A stretch of DNA of 64,000 nucleotides. Source: the human T2T-CHM13v2.0 reference genome, Homo sapiens. Below the pieces are notes generated by a model. That model saw only the letters and a program-made list of their open reading frames with translations, was not told the origin of the DNA and did not search any database. Location of the stretch: assembly GCF_009914755.1 (NCBI RefSeq), contig NC_060930.1; one strand, 5' to 3'. Positions within the stretch are counted from its first letter, which is position 1; each line of letters opens with the position of its first letter. Below, in pieces: positions 1 through 14,957 of the stretch. The position numbers and the translations under genes were made by a program.

Positions 1-756
1 ATGACTATTGTATTTTCATTTCTAGCTTTCAAATAACTGTGTTATTTATATTTAGAGGTAAGATTAGTGCTATATTTTGTGAGGGTATGTAGACATTGAC
101 ATCAAAAGACCTAGAGTCTAAGAGAGAATTACTCTGACGCAAGATAACAGTTACAAGCACCCATAAATTGGGAGGACATGAAGAGCTATGGAAGTGCAGA
201 AGAAAAGAGGTTCCTTCCTGCTTCGGAGTAGCAGGATCAGGGAAGAATGCCCAAAGGAAGTGGCTTTTGAACTGGACCTTGAAGGATGAGTAAGAGAACT
301 GGGAGTCAAAGAGGATAATGCTTCACAGTACACTTAATAACTTCTAGTAACATCTTATAAACCAGAGTACTGAGAAATACCATCTTGGGAAATGTCACTG
401 TACAAAACTAGTAGCTGAGGCCACTATAAAGCAAGAAGGGCATTATCTGAACAGTGTTCAGTGAGAGAGAAAAAGATGTGAAGGGGAGGGGAGGAGACTT
501 GCTGCAGAGACAGACTCAGACAGACTTGGTAACTGTCTTATAAACAAGAGCAAGTAGATACAAGTTTCATAAAGCTCAGAGCAGTATTCATGCTCTGCTA
601 TGACTTCCAACAGTCATTGCAAGAAAGAAGGGCATCCACAAGTATAAATAGTATCCCCACTTCCACAACTATTATAATAAAGCACAGTTCCCATCTGTGA
701 AGATAACAGAGGGAACCACAGCTTATTTAATTGTACAATATTAAATACCACCTAAC

Positions 757-1870
757 TGGTTTTCATTTCTCAGTCTTCTTTGCTGGTTTATCCTGTACTC
801 CATCACTTCTTAATGTTGGAGGTCCCACGGTTCAGTCCGTGGTGGGCTGCTTCTTCTCTCTCTATGCTCACTCTTGGGGATCTCTTCCATGCTCAGGGCA
901 TTCAATGCCATCCTTATACAGATGAATCCCAAGTTACTATCCCTAGCCAAGGAATCTCACCTACACTCAGAATTACCTATTTGACACGCCTACTTCAGTG
1001 CTTAGGACACTTCTCAGATTCAGCATATTTTAAACTAGTCTCCTGATTATGCCCCTTCAACATTCCTGACTTACACTGCCGCCAGCTATCTTCCCCTTCC
1101 AGACGTTCATGCAAAAATCTTACAGGCATTCTTGACCCCATTCTTTTTCTCTCACCCTACATCCAATGCATCAACATCCTGTTAGGTCTATCCTTAAAAT
1201 TGAGCCAGAATCTGACCTATATTCATTACATTACTCTTGTGTCTGGCCCAAATTACTTGTCTGGCTCCCATCTCATCTCTCTACTGCCTTACAGTATATT
1301 CTCAAGTAGAGTAGCCAGAGGGATCCTTTTAGAACGTATCTCAAATAATATGACTGCTCTGCTCAAAACCCAATGTGGCTCTCCATTTCCTATAAGGGCC
1401 CATGTCTCCATATGTTCTGACCTCATCTCCTACTACATTTCCTTCTGCGCACTCCACACTAGACACAACAGCCTCCCTGCTCTTTTTCAACTATGTCAGG
1501 TAAATTCCAGCACAAGCTGTTTCCTCTGCCTACAGTGGACTCCCCCAAGATAACTGTAGAGCAGATTCTCACCTTGGTCAAGTCTGCTCAAATGTCACAT
1601 TCTCAACGAGGTCTACTGTCACCACCTTATTTAAAATTATAACCATCTTTCCTAACCCATCTAGTGCTCCCAACCTCCATTATTTTGCTCCTTTTTTTCT
1701 ATTCACTTCCATAAAATTTATCAGCTTTCTATTATACAACATGATTTAATTATTTACTGGATTCTTTTTAATGTGTGTCTTTCTCTTTACTAGTAGATAA
1801 ACTCCATTTGTGCAAGAATCCTTCCTTTATGCACACATGTATTCCAAACACCTACAACATTAGCTGCCAA
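757..1870 (+). mobile_element. L2 LINE fragment (3' ORF2/3'UTR)
   Basis: L2-type motifs, e.g. ctcttccatgctcagggcattcaatgccatcc..gatgaatcccaag, gtctgctcaaatgtcacattctc; boundaries approximate. Confidence 0.75.
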
Positions 1871-2324
1871 CAAAAATGATATTAATATGATGCATTGATT
1901 AATACAGTAATATTTAGCTTTTTGCAATCTAGGGAAAACTATATTTGTCTACAGTATTTTGTGCCATATTTTTCAGTTTGAGTTTCAGGGCTGTGTTTGT
2001 TTTATGAAATAATATGGGAGTATGCCCCACCTACACTGCAGACTATGAAATTTTGGATATGGCATACAAATGATCTATGCAAGAAAAGTTAAAGGGAATT
2101 TACCAATAAGGCATTTCATTCCCAGAGTACTCATCAGAGTTTTATTTTTTATGAATTTCTCAAGTTTTTCTTCTGATATTTTCTACTTTCTGTGGAATAA
2201 AAATTTGGAAATTAAAACATATATACATGTATGCATTTCATAGATACATCAACTCTTAGGAGTATATATGTATGCAGATATTTTCTAAATATTCTAGCAC
2301 TTAACATGAGAGCCTATAAAGTCT

Positions 2325-2530
2325 AACTTGGTGTTAGGAACAGGACTCTAGAGTCAGAGTGCTTATGTTTGAATCCTGGGGTTTGAATTCCAGTTACTAA
2401 ACATGCAAGCTTTGGCAAATTATTTTACATTTTATGATCAGGTTCCCCAACATGAAAAGGCATAAGTAATAGTACGTATCTCTTTGGGTTGGAATGAATG
2501 ATTCAACACATGTAAAGCAAATCTGGAATT
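2325..2530 (+). mobile_element. MIR SINE
   Basis: ggactctagagtcaga..tttgaatcctgg core and aacacatgtaaagca tail. Confidence 0.65.
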
Positions 2531-2959
2531 GAAACAAAGGATTGAGTATTTCAACTTCCTATGGCTAAAATGAAAATAAAAATCACTGGACAAGTGATAG
2601 TACTTTTTATGACTGCCGAGATTCATGTCATTAAAACTTCTAGTTTATGCTTATGCAGCAGGTGCTGTGGAACCCTTGAACTTTTTGATCCTCTCTCTGT
2701 ATGAATTTAATAATCTGTGAACAAACACTTGATAAGGTCCTACATAAGGGGATTCTGTAATTTTTTTTGTGGTGTGAGGAATTCACTGTGGATGTGAATA
2801 ATTTCTCCCACTAATTTATATGTTTAATTGTAAAGTGTTTATGTTGTGTTAAGCATTCTATTTAATAATACGACAGGCACCTCTCAGATCTGCTGCATCC
2901 GTATTTCTTGGAGGACAACAGGACACCTAATTTTTAGTCTCTCTCCCAGGGAAGTTTTG

Positions 2960-3230
2960 TTCAATAACTCTGTACTTTGTGCCACTCGGGTTAGATCTCG
3001 TTTGTATATGTTCTCAGAGCTCTCTGCATTCATTCTGTACCACTTTTTCTTAGCACCAGAATTGCACTTTTGCAGTTATTAGTGTAATTACTAGTTTAAA
3101 GTCACAATACAGGCTCCATGTGGGCATGGATTTTGTCTGTCTTATTTATTTGTTGTATTTCCACTATCAGTTTCAAAGCCTGAGACCTAGTAGTAGACAC
3201 TCACTAAATATTTATTTAATAAATGAGTGA
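2960..3230 (+). mobile_element. L2 3' end
   Basis: cctgagacctagtagtagacactcactaaatatttatttaataaatgagtgaa, typical L2 terminus. Confidence 0.6.
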
Positions 3231-3271
3231 ATAGAGGGTGCTATGCAAAGCATACCAAACAATACAATATA

Positions 3272-3500
3272 GTACTTAAGAGCATCAATTTTAGAGGGAG
3301 AAATTTTTGATTTTGAGTCTTTCTCTGCCATTTTATACAGAAAAACTTCCTCGAGAAAGTTACGTAATGTTTCTGACACTCAGCTTCCTCATATGGAAAA
3401 CAGATTTTAAAAATTTCCTATCATCACAAAATGAGTGTGAAGCAGAATCATGTATCTAAAGAGTTCTGCACATTCACCAGTAGCCAGGATAAAATAAATT
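3272..3500 (+). mobile_element. MIR SINE
   Basis: ctcagcttcctcatatggaaaa MIR core. Confidence 0.5.
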
Positions 3501-4328
3501 GTGGCTATTATTATTAGGTTTATTATCAAACAGGCTATTATTATATCCTTATTCCTAATTGTACCTTTCATTAATATAAAATGACCTTCTTTATCCAACC
3601 TTATTTGGTTTGCATTTAAAATAGCTTTCCCTGAAAAAATTCTAAAATTCCATATCTATTTTATTATACTGATATATTTGCTTAGAATTAAGCCAACTTG
3701 GCTTAATTAATATATTTGTTATGAATTAAGCCAATAATTATTAGATTCTTCAGATGCAGATAGCAGCAGCCTAAAGTACTTAAAGGCAGAAAAGAACTAC
3801 AGGTTGCTCCTCACTACCCAGTAACAGGTTGAATGTTCCAGTGAAGGTAGGGGTTGGTCTCAACCCTGCCACTTCTGACTGGATTGCAGCAAATGGTGCA
3901 AGAATAGTCATATGGTCTGTTCACATGAAGAATGATGAAGTCTCAGGCCCCATCTCTTTAAATACTCTAGGGTACCTTGTAAGAAGATCCATTTGAGACA
4001 GATGTAACAGCTTTCTAGTGGTTGAATCCAGCCAAGTTTTAATCAGAATCAGGCAACGGAATCCTCTGTTTTGTGGTTCATCTCAGGGCTGGAATGAATC
4101 TAGGCCTCTGAATACTACTCCAAAGGGAATGAGCTTCTTGATTGTAAACATTGTTCATGCAAACACACTGGTGCTTGATTAGTACCTCTATCCAATTAAA
4201 AAATTTTAAACATATTAATTTCATCAATGAAAATAATTTATCACATCCTTTATACCAGTTCTAACCAGAGATAAAGAAAGCTGACTTGCTTGTAGCTGCT
4301 GCCTTTAGGGTCTTTAAAGACTAAATGT

Positions 4329-4622
4329 GGCTGGGCACAGTGGCTCATGCCTCTTATCCCAGCATTTTGAAAGGCTAAGGTGGGTGGATCCCTTGAGTCC
4401 GGGATCATGACCAGCTTGGGCAACATGGTGAAATTTTGTCTTTACGAAAATACAAAACTTAGCCAAGCATGGAAGTGTGTCTGTGGTCCCAGCTACTTGA
4501 GACGCAGAGGTAGGAGGATGACTTGAGCCTGGGACGCAGAGGTTGCAGTGAGACGAGCACCACTGCACTCCAGCTTGGGCAACACAGAAAGACTCTGTCT
4601 AACAAAAAAAAAAAAAAAAAAA
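4329..4622 (+). mobile_element. Alu (AluJ-type)
   Basis: Dimeric Alu with poly(A); J-type gaggatgacttgagcctggg; aaagact on both flanks. Confidence 0.95.
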
Positions 4623-4789
4623 GACTTTAAATAAATTCTGATAACTCTGTCTCCCACCACCCCATTTTAACCACTCTGGGAGTTTATATAAATCAAAAAA
4701 TTAACATACACATGGCATTTTCTATGCTGAAATATTTTATGGTAAATTAAAGCCATGTAAAAGTGTTTGCTAGATTATTTTATATTTAA

Positions 4790-4965
4790 CACTTTGCATC
4801 CTGGAGATATTTACTTACTCTCTTTGTGCTTCAGTTTACATCTCTAAAATGGGAATAATAATACTAATTACCTTACATGTTTAGTGTGAGTTTCAAATGA
4901 ATTAATACCTATTAAACACTTAGAACAATGCCTGGCCTATACTGAGGGTTCAGTAAATTTTAGCA
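4790..4965 (+). mobile_element. MIR SINE
   Basis: cttcagtttacatctctaaaatgggaataata..cacttagaacaatgcctggc. Confidence 0.75.
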
Positions 4966-5419
4966 GCAGCTGCTGCTGCTACTACTACTGCTACTACCAT
5001 TTTATAATTACTAATACTTATTGAAAATATTAGCAGATTAATAAAAATTCTCTGGGCTCCAGGTCGTAGTTCTCCTGGATGTTATTTTCTCTGAGTCTCA
5101 GGACTCTGCTCCTTTTTCCTGCATCACTTAATTCTTTTTTAGTTTCTATGTTTATTTTCCCCATTTACCCAGTTATGAATAAAAGAAATCTCCAGGTTGT
5201 GTGCATTATACACAGTTTCTACACAAATCCCTCTTGGACTGATCAGGTAAGTCTCAAGGAAACTAGTGACTTCCTAGGAAATCAAATTTCTTCTCTTAGA
5301 TTGGAAGTAAGAGTGTGGGATAATATACAATAGTATTTGCCTAATTTTCGGTTCCTCAGAAGCAATGAACAAATGCTAACTTCCGTCATAGATGTGAGAC
5401 CAGATTTTAAGCCTCTAGA

Positions 5420-5630
5420 ACAGAAGATCTCAACTCATCGTCCCTAGGTTAGATTTAGATGTCAGAAGTAATTGCTTGTCCTATATGGTGCTTTTTTGTT
5501 GTTGCTGCTGTTGATTGCTTTGTTTTACTTAATTTGAGGCAACATTTAAAAGTTGAGAGATTTTCCATTAAAATCCACATGTCAAGTATCTCTTGGAATA
5601 TCAGAAGATCAGGCAACAAATACTTGGGTA
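5420..5630. mobile_element. MER103-like hAT-Charlie fragment
   Basis: gagagattttccattaaaatccac..tctcttggaatatcagaagatcaggcaaca resembles recalled MER103C. Confidence 0.55.
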
Positions 5631-6800
5631 GAGCCAAGTAGCAGCTGCTTTTCTTCTAGATGGCATGGACGCTTCAATTTACCTCAGTTCTTCTAGCACT
5701 CAGGGACTCTCCACCATAAGGTAAATTGACTCTTGATAATTTTTATGTGTGAGTGTGCTCTTCCATTTCTTTTGTTGCAGATATATTTCTTGTACTCAAC
5801 CAACCTACATCTGTTCCCATGTCCTTACTTAATACTAAAATGAGTAAAATGTCAGGCTTCTATCTATTACCAACCCTTCCACTTATGTTCTGAATCCCAT
5901 TCTATTTTTGCGTACTCAAAGATTTTGCATTTTTCTGCACTATCAGTTTTTTTTCTCTTAACTGACTTTTGCTCATCAGCATGCAAAAATGCAGTAATAT
6001 CTTCTAACTTTGAAATACTCTGTTGTTTTTAACATCCCAAATCAAACTACTATCTCATTTCTCTTTTATAGCAAAATCCCAAATAGTCAATGCACGAATA
6101 GCTCTCCTCCTTCACTTCTTTTCCTTTTTCTAATCATTGCAATCAGGCTCTTATTCCCTCTCCTCTACTGAAACCACTCTTGTCAAACTTACCAGTAATT
6201 TCTATCTTGCTAAATCCTAAAATTAACTCTTTGTGGTTACCTTAACTAGACATTGCAACAGCATTTGACAAGTTCTTCAATCACCCGTGCTTGAAATGCT
6301 TTCTTCTGTTAGTTCCTATGATACTGTATTTTCAAGTTTCTCCTCCTAGCTTATTGATGGACTCTTTTTAGGCTTACTTGAAGGGCTATCCTCACCTTAT
6401 CTGCATCCCACTCCTTAATATCCCATTCATATTTTATGCATGATATCGTACTTGTCACATCTCTTACCATACTCTGACCATACACATGCACTAGGCTTTA
6501 AACATTTCTCCTTGTACTGATTACTCTCAGAATTCTGTACCCTCAAATATTCTGAACTCTGCACTCATATGAACATGCCAATTACATATCACCACTTGAA
6601 TACAAATTGGGCTCTCAAGCATACATATCTGAACCTAAACTCTTGATTTTCTTCTTCAGTCTTGCTTTTACACCAGCTTTCCCCACCTCAGTGAAAAGAA
6701 CTGTAATTCATCCAGTTACTATTTCATGACTCTTCTCCTTTCATCACTCTTGATGTATAGTCTCTCGACAAGTCTACTGACACTTTCTTCAAGATAGTTG

Positions 6801-6921
6801 CATACCAGCATGGCACATGTATACGTATGTAACTAACCTGCACAATGTGCACATGTACCCTAAAACTTAAAGTATAATAATAATAATAATAATAATAAAG
6901 AAAGAGAGAGAGAAAAAAAAA
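6801..6921 (+). mobile_element. Very short young L1 3' end (L1PA2/L1HS-type)
   Basis: accagcatggcacatgtatac..gtaactaacctgcacaatgtgcacatgtaccctaaaacttaaagtataat plus tail; exact 10-bp TSD aagatagttg at 6791-6800 and 6922-6931. Confidence 0.92.
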
Positions 6922-7145
6922 AAGATAGTTGTCTAAATCTGACCACAGCTCACTATGGGCCATCACAAAAACTCTGGTAAAGACCACCATCGTTGTTCAC
7001 TAAGACTACCACAATAATTACCTAACAAGCCTCCCTGTCTTACTCCCAAATTTCTAGTCAGTTCTCTGTCATTGTGATCTTCATAAATGTTAAAACAAGT
7101 CATGTTATGTACTGTGATTAAAATCATCAGATGGTTTCCCATCAC

Positions 7146-7257
7146 TAGGGTGACCAACTTGACTCACTGCGCCTGGCCCTTTCCTAACTTTAACGTGAAA
7201 ACTTCCATGTTCTAGGAACATTATTGGTCCCAAGTAAACTGAGACAGTTAATCACCT
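7146..7257. mobile_element. MER81-like hAT MITE
   Basis: tagggtgaccaac ... agttaatcacct terminal inverted repeats, ~112 bp. Confidence 0.65.
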
Positions 7258-7497
7258 CCTCTGTAACATACATAATAAAATAAAATAAAAATCCTTACTA
7301 TTCACTAGGTCTAAACATGATCTAGGGCCTGCCATTCTCCTGTATGTCATGTCCAATCACTCTTTGCTTTGCTCACTCTATTCTAGCCACATTGGCCTTC
7401 CACAGTTACTCAAACATATTAACCTTGCTTCTGCCTTAAATGTTTACTGAATAATTAAATGAATCTAGTAAAAAGTATTAAAGCAAAAGATAATTAG

Positions 7498-7789
<292 letters not shown>

Positions 7790-8134
7790 TTAGGATGGTG
7801 ACATGTTTAAAACAATAATAAAAATATAAAGTGAAATTAACCAAATTATATCACTACAAAAAATCAAGAAATCACAAAGGAAGACAGAAATAGGAGGAAG
7901 AAAGGATAGAAAGAACTATGAAATAGAAAACAACGAAATAGCCAAAGTAAGTTCTTACTTATCAATAATCACTTTAAATGTAAATGGTTTAAGCTGTCTA
8001 CACAGAAGACATAGGTGGCTAAAGAGATTTTTTAAAAATCAAGATTGAACAATATGCTGCCTACAAAAGCCTAATTTTAGTTTTAACAACACACCTAGGC
8101 TTAAAGTAAAGGGATGGAAAAAGATAGTGCAGAT

Positions 8135-8648
8135 TATGATGGTTAATTTTATGTGTTAACTTGCCTGGGTTAAGGGTTGCACAAAACACAGGAAAAGCTT
8201 TTTTTTTCTGGGTGTATCTGCTAGTGTGTTTTCAGAATAGATTATCATTTGAATCAGTAGACTGAGTAAATAAGAGTTACCCTCACCAATGTGGGCAGGC
8301 CTCATCCAAGCCGTTGAAGGCCCAGATGAAACAAAAGGTAGAGGAAGAGTGAATTTGCTTTCTCTTCTGGAGATGATATGTCCATATTCTCCTCCTTTTG
8401 GACATGAAAACCCCAGATTTCAGGCCTTAAGAGTGCAAGACTAACACTAGGGCTCACCCAATTCCCCCACCCTTATTCTCACACCTTTCACCTTTAACTA
8501 AAAATTATATCATTAGATACCCTGGTTCTCAGACCTTTAGACTGAGAGTAATTATACCACCAGTTTTTCTGGTTCTTCAGCTTGCAGACAACACATTTTA
8601 GGACTTTTTGGTGCTCATAATCACGTGAATCAATTCCCATAATAAGTC

Positions 8649-8697
<49 letters not shown>

Positions 8698-8773
8698 CAT
8701 CTATCTATATCTATATCTAATCTATCTATCTATATATTCTATTAATTATGTTTCTCTGGAGAACTCTAATACA
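8135..8773 (+). mobile_element. MLT2 (ERVL) solo LTR
   Basis: tgatggttaattttatgtg ... tttctctggagaactctaataca; nested in the L1. Confidence 0.85.
8650..8732. repeat. (ATCT)n tetranucleotide microsatellite
   Basis: About 12 uninterrupted ATCT units plus a degenerate tail. Confidence 0.95.
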
Positions 8774-9484
8774 AAAGTGATAACTGAAAGAAAGTGGAGA
8801 TGGCTATACTTATATAGGACAAAATAGACTTTCAGTCAAAATCTTTCATAAGAGACAAAGAAAGACATTATAAATGGTTCAATTCATCAAGAGGATATAA
8901 TAATTGTAAATATATATAGATTCAACATTGGAGCACCTAAATATAGAAAGCAAATATCAACAGAACTGGAGGAAGAAATAGACAGTAACACTGTAATAGT
9001 AGGGGACTTAAATTCCCTCTTTTCAACAATGGATAGATCATCCAGACAGAAAATCAATAAGGAAACAACAGACTTACATAATGCTATAACCAAGTGGACC
9101 TAACAGACATATACAGAACATTCTATCCAACAGCAGCAGAATACACATTCTTCTTGAATGCACATGGAACATTCTCCAGGATAAATCATATATTAGGCCA
9201 CAAAATAAGTCCTAACAATTTAAGAAGTCTGAAATCATATTAAGTTTTTTTTTATGACCACAATCACATGAAACAAGAAATAGGAAGAAAACTGGAAAAC
9301 TTACAAATGTGTGGAAATTACACTCCTGAACAACCAACAGGACAGGTCAAAGAAAAAAGGAAATCAAAAAGTATTTTGAGACAAATGATAATAAAAACAC
9401 AACATACCAAAATTTATGAGATGCAGCAAAATCAGTTCTAAGAGAGATGTTTATAGCAATAAATGCCCATATTAAGAAAATATA

Positions 9485-9808
<324 letters not shown>

Positions 9809-11732
9809 CTAAAAAAAGAAAAACACTAAGCACAAAGTTAGTAGAAAAAATGAAGTAATACAAATTAGAGGACAAATAAATGAAATAGAGAATAGACAAT
9901 TGAAAAAATCAACAAAACTAAGAGTTGGCATCTTAAAAAGATAAACAAAACTGGCAAATCTTTAGCTAGGTTAACCAAAAAAATAAAATAAAATAAGGAA
10001 GACTCAAATAAATAAAACCATAAATGAAAGAGGAGACAATGCAACTGATACCACAGAAATACAAAAGATCATGAGACTACTGTGAACAATTATACACTAA
10101 CAAATTAGATAACCTAGAAGAAATGGATACATTACTAGACAAACACAACCTACCAAGACTGAATTATGAAGAAATAGAAAGTCCAAACAGACCAATAATA
10201 AGTAATGAGATTGAATCAGTAATCAAAAACTCCCCAACAGGGAAAAGTCCAGAGCCAAATGACTTCATGGGTGAATTGTACCAAACTTTTAAAGAATAAC
10301 TAATACCAATGCTTCTCAAAACTCCCAAAAATTGAAAAAGAGTCAACATTTCTAAACTTATTTTACAAAACCAGCATTATCCTCATACTAAAGCCCATAA
10401 GGACACCACAAGAAAAGAAAATGAATACAGATATAAAAACCCTCAATTAAAAAACCTAACAAATTGAATTCATAGCACATTTAAAGTATTCATTTATTAC
10501 AATCAAGTGGAATTTATCCCAGGGATGAAAGGATGGTTCAATAAATGCAAATCAATAAATTTACTATACCACATTAACAGAATAAAAAATAGTTTCTGTT
10601 ATTAATAATAATAATGAAATATTTCAATAGTTGCAGGGAAAGCATTTGACAAAATTCAATATTTATTCATGATTTTTTAAAAAACTCTTAAATTAGATAT
10701 AGAAGAAATCTGCTTCAACATAATAAGGTCCATAGATGACAAACCCACAGTTAACATCATATTCAATGATGAAATGCTGAAAGCCTTCTCTCTAAGATTA
10801 GGAACAGCGTAGTGGTTCCCACCCTTCCCATTAATATTAAATATATTACTGGAAGTTCCAGCCAGAGGGATTAAGCAAGAAAAAGAAATAAAATGTATCC
10901 AAATGGGAAATAAAGATGTAAAACTGTTTATTTGCAAATGATATTACCTTTTATATAAAAAAATCCGAAAGGCTCCACAAAAACCTGTGAGAATTAATAA
11001 GCAAATTTAGTAAAGATGTAGGATACAAAATTAACATACAAAAATCAGTTGTGTTCCTATACACTAACAATGAACTCTCCAAAAAGTAAATTAGAAAAAC
11101 AACCCCATTCACAATAGCATCAGAAATAATAAAATAGTCGGAAATAAATTTAATCAAGGAAGTAAAAGATCTGTATATCCACTCAAAACTATAAGACATT
11201 AATGAAAGAAACTGAGGAAAACACAAGTAAATGAAAACCCATGTTCATGGATTAGAAGTAATATTATTAAGATGTCCACACTACCTAAAGCTATCTATAG
11301 ATTCAGTCTTATCAAAATTTCAAAGACATTTTTCACAGAAATAGAAAAAACAGTCCTAAAATTCATATGGAATCACAAAAGACCTCAAATAGCCAAAGCA
11401 ATCTTGATAAAGAAGAACAAAGCTAGAGCCATCACATTTCCTGATTTCAAATTTTATTACCAAGTTATAGTAATCAAAACAGCATGGTATTGGCATAACA
11501 ACAGACATAGCCCAATGGAACAGAATATAGAGCCCAGAAATAAACAAGGGTGCTAAGAACACATAATAGGGAAATGACAGTTTCTTCAATAAACAGTGTT
11601 GGAAAAACTGAATATTGACATGCAAAAGAATGAAATGGGACCCATATCTTATACTATCCACAAAATTTAACTCAAAATGAATTAAAGACTTAAATCTCAG
11701 ACCTGAAATCATAAAATTCCTAGAAGGAAATA

Positions 11733-11860
11733 CAGATGGTCCATGACTTACCATGATTTTTTAAATTGGTGACGTGTTAAATGCATTTCCAACGTACACT
11801 ATTTTCAACTTATGATGGGTTTATTGGATTATAGTCCCATTGTAAGTCAAGGAGCATCTG
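11733..11860. mobile_element. MER47/Tigger5-type MITE
   Basis: TA-cagatggtccatgacttac ... gtaagtcaaggagcatctg-TA inverted termini with TA TSD. Confidence 0.8.
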
Positions 11861-13466
11861 TATAGGAAAAAAGCTTCTTGACATTGGTCTTGGCAAGGAT
11901 TTTTTTCAATATGACCACAAAAGCACAAACAACAAAAAATAAACAGGTAAAAATAAACAAAACTAACTAAAAGTAAATAAGCAAAAATAAATGAGTGGGA
12001 CTATATAAAAAGATCCAGCACAGAAAAGGTAGCAATCAACAAAAATGAAAGGCAACTAATGGAATGGGAGACAATATTTACAAACCATGTATCTGATAAT
12101 GGGTTAAGATACAAAAATGTATAAGAAAGTTATACAACTTAATAGCAAAAAATAATAATAGCCATATTTTTAAAAATGGACAAAGGATTGGAATAGACTT
12201 TATTTTCAAAGAAGATATATTAATACAACTGGTCAACAGGTATATGAAAATGTTCTCAACAACACTAATTATCAGGGAAATGCAAATCAAAAGCACAATG
12301 ATATATTACCTCATACCTCTTGGAATAGCTATTACAAAAAAGACAAGAAATGTGTTGGCAGGAGTATGGGAACCCTAGTACATTGTTAGAAGGAATGTGA
12401 ACTGGTTTAGCCCTTATGGAAAACAGTATGGTGTTTTCTCAAAAAATCAGATAGAACTACCATATGATCCAGAAATTTCACTTCTGGATACACATCCAAA
12501 GGAAATAAAATCAGTATCTCAAACAGATATCTGCACTCCCAGGTTCATTGCAACATTACTCACAAAAGCCAAGATATGGAATCAACCAAAGTGTCTGCCA
12601 ATGGATTAATAGATTATTTAAATATGGTAAATATACATAATGGACTATTATTTAGCCATAAAAAAGAAAGAAATCCTGCTATTTGAAACAACATCGATGA
12701 ACCTGGAGGACATTGTGCTTAATGAAATAAGTCACCCAAAAAAGACAAATACTTTATAAATCCACATATGTGGTATCTAAACAATTTGAATCCATGGAAG
12801 TGGAATGGTGGTTGCCAAGGTTGGGGGATGGATAGATGTTAATCAAAGTATACAAACTTTCAGTGATAAGATGAATAAGTTCTGAAGGTGTAATGTATAG
12901 TATGCTGACTGTAGTTAAAAATACTCTATTATGGACTTGAAATTTCCTAAGAGAATAGATCTTTAACTGTTTTCACCACACATGAACACACACACAACAC
13001 AAATGGTAATGTGAGGTGTTGGACGTGTTAATTATGTTGATTGTGGTAATCATTTCACAATGTATACATAAATCATCACATTGTATCCCTTAAATATACC
13101 CAAAGTTTATTTGTCAAAAAGGAAAACAATGGGTACATATGACTTTGTGGAAAATGAGAATTATTTCTATTCATTTAATATGGAAACATTTATCTGCTTT
13201 GATAATTTCTATTACCAGTCTTGTCCCAATACTATTTGAGTTTTCGGCTCCTGTTCCAATCTGTGCTAAGAAGCTCAGGCTATGGAGACTTGCTGTATTA
13301 CACAAATTAAATTCAGGAAGATAGGAGGTCTAAGCCGCTTGGCATCCAGTTACTAAGCAGTTATGAAAGCTCTTGATTGGCCAAGAGAATATGAATAGAA
13401 AGGAAACTAGATTTTTTGTTTGTGTCAGGAAATGTTGGTCCCAGTTTTGGCTTTGCCACAGGCTAA

Positions 13467-13934
<468 letters not shown>

Positions 13935-14167
13935 AGCTCTACAATTTTTAAATGATTGAGTCTCCTTTGCTTTTTCCTATGTTCCATGCACATTTGTAAT
14001 TTCCAGATCCAGAAGTGATAAGCACACAATATATGTGAACCTGATCAACTAGGGCTGCTACAAATGAGAGAAAAATAATGCTTGCTATATGTTGCCTCTC
14101 CCACCAAGCCTAGGCAGCGTATTTTGAATGATGTTAAACAGGATTTTTTCACTGAGATGTAGACTGG

Positions 14168-14468
14168 GGCAGCGCGCAGTGGTTCACGCTTGTAATCCCA
14201 GAATTTAGGGAGGCCAAGGCGGGTGGATCACTTGAGGCCAGGAGTTCAAGACCAGCCTGACCAACATGGCGAAACTCCATCTCTACTAAAAATACAAAAA
14301 TTAGCCGGGTGTGATGGTGCATGCCTGTAATCCCAGCTACTCAGGAGGCTGAAGCACATGAATCGCTTAAACCTGGGAGGCGGAGATTGCTGTGAGCTGA
14401 GATCGCACCACTGCACTCCAGCCTGGGCAACAGAGCAAGGCTCTGTCTCAAAAAAGAAAAGAGAGAGA
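14168..14468 (+). mobile_element. AluS (Sz/Sx-like)
   Basis: 14-bp TSD gagatgtagactgg on both sides. Confidence 0.96.
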
Positions 14469-14913
14469 GAGATGTAGACTGGTTCAAATTCTCCATGTCA
14501 TCAACCTTTTAGCACTTCCTTGGGGCTCTGTTCCACTGTCACTGTTGAGCAATTTTTTGGATAGTAGGATAAAGTTTCCTTTGCTCAATTTCCTCCTATT
14601 TCTTTTCATTATTCTCTTTTGGATCAGACAGCATTCTCCTTCCCATCTTGGTGCTTACGATCTTCAAATATTTTGTAGTAATGTGCCCTGCCCTATTAGC
14701 ATTCTAAGCTAATTTCAAACCCTTAGAGCTTCATGGAAATTCTGTTGCTTACATTTTTCCAGAGAGGTAGAATGTAAATCAGGTTATTAATATTTCAAAT
14801 CTAGCTTCATGATACCACATTTAAAGTTCCATTTTTTGTTTTAAATAGAATAAATCCCCTCACATATTCCATTTCTAAATGGCAAAAATGCTAAGAAAAA
14901 AGAAAAGTCATAC

Positions 14914-14957
14914 CTCCTGCTGTGTCATTTCACTGCAGAATGGAAAGGAATTGTCAC
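14914..14957 (-). other. Candidate exon (44 nt)
   Basis: Minus strand gctaactgaacttttcag|GTGAC...GGAG|gtatga. Confidence 0.35.

Larger units (their letters stand above)
5800..7470 (+). mobile_element. L2 LINE (interrupted by a young L1 and MER81)
   Basis: ctctactgaaaccactcttgtcaa, cagcatttgaca, ctaaactcttgattttc, ctctattctagccacattggccttc. Confidence 0.75.

Noticed and set aside
11272-11556. 94-aa ORF with protein-like sequence (likewise 12397-12609 and 61434-61631)
   Set aside because: Fragments of decayed L1 ORF2 surrounded by stops and frameshifts
13216-13329. 114-nt in-frame minus-strand exon candidate
   Set aside because: No polypyrimidine tract at the acceptor; picked post hoc
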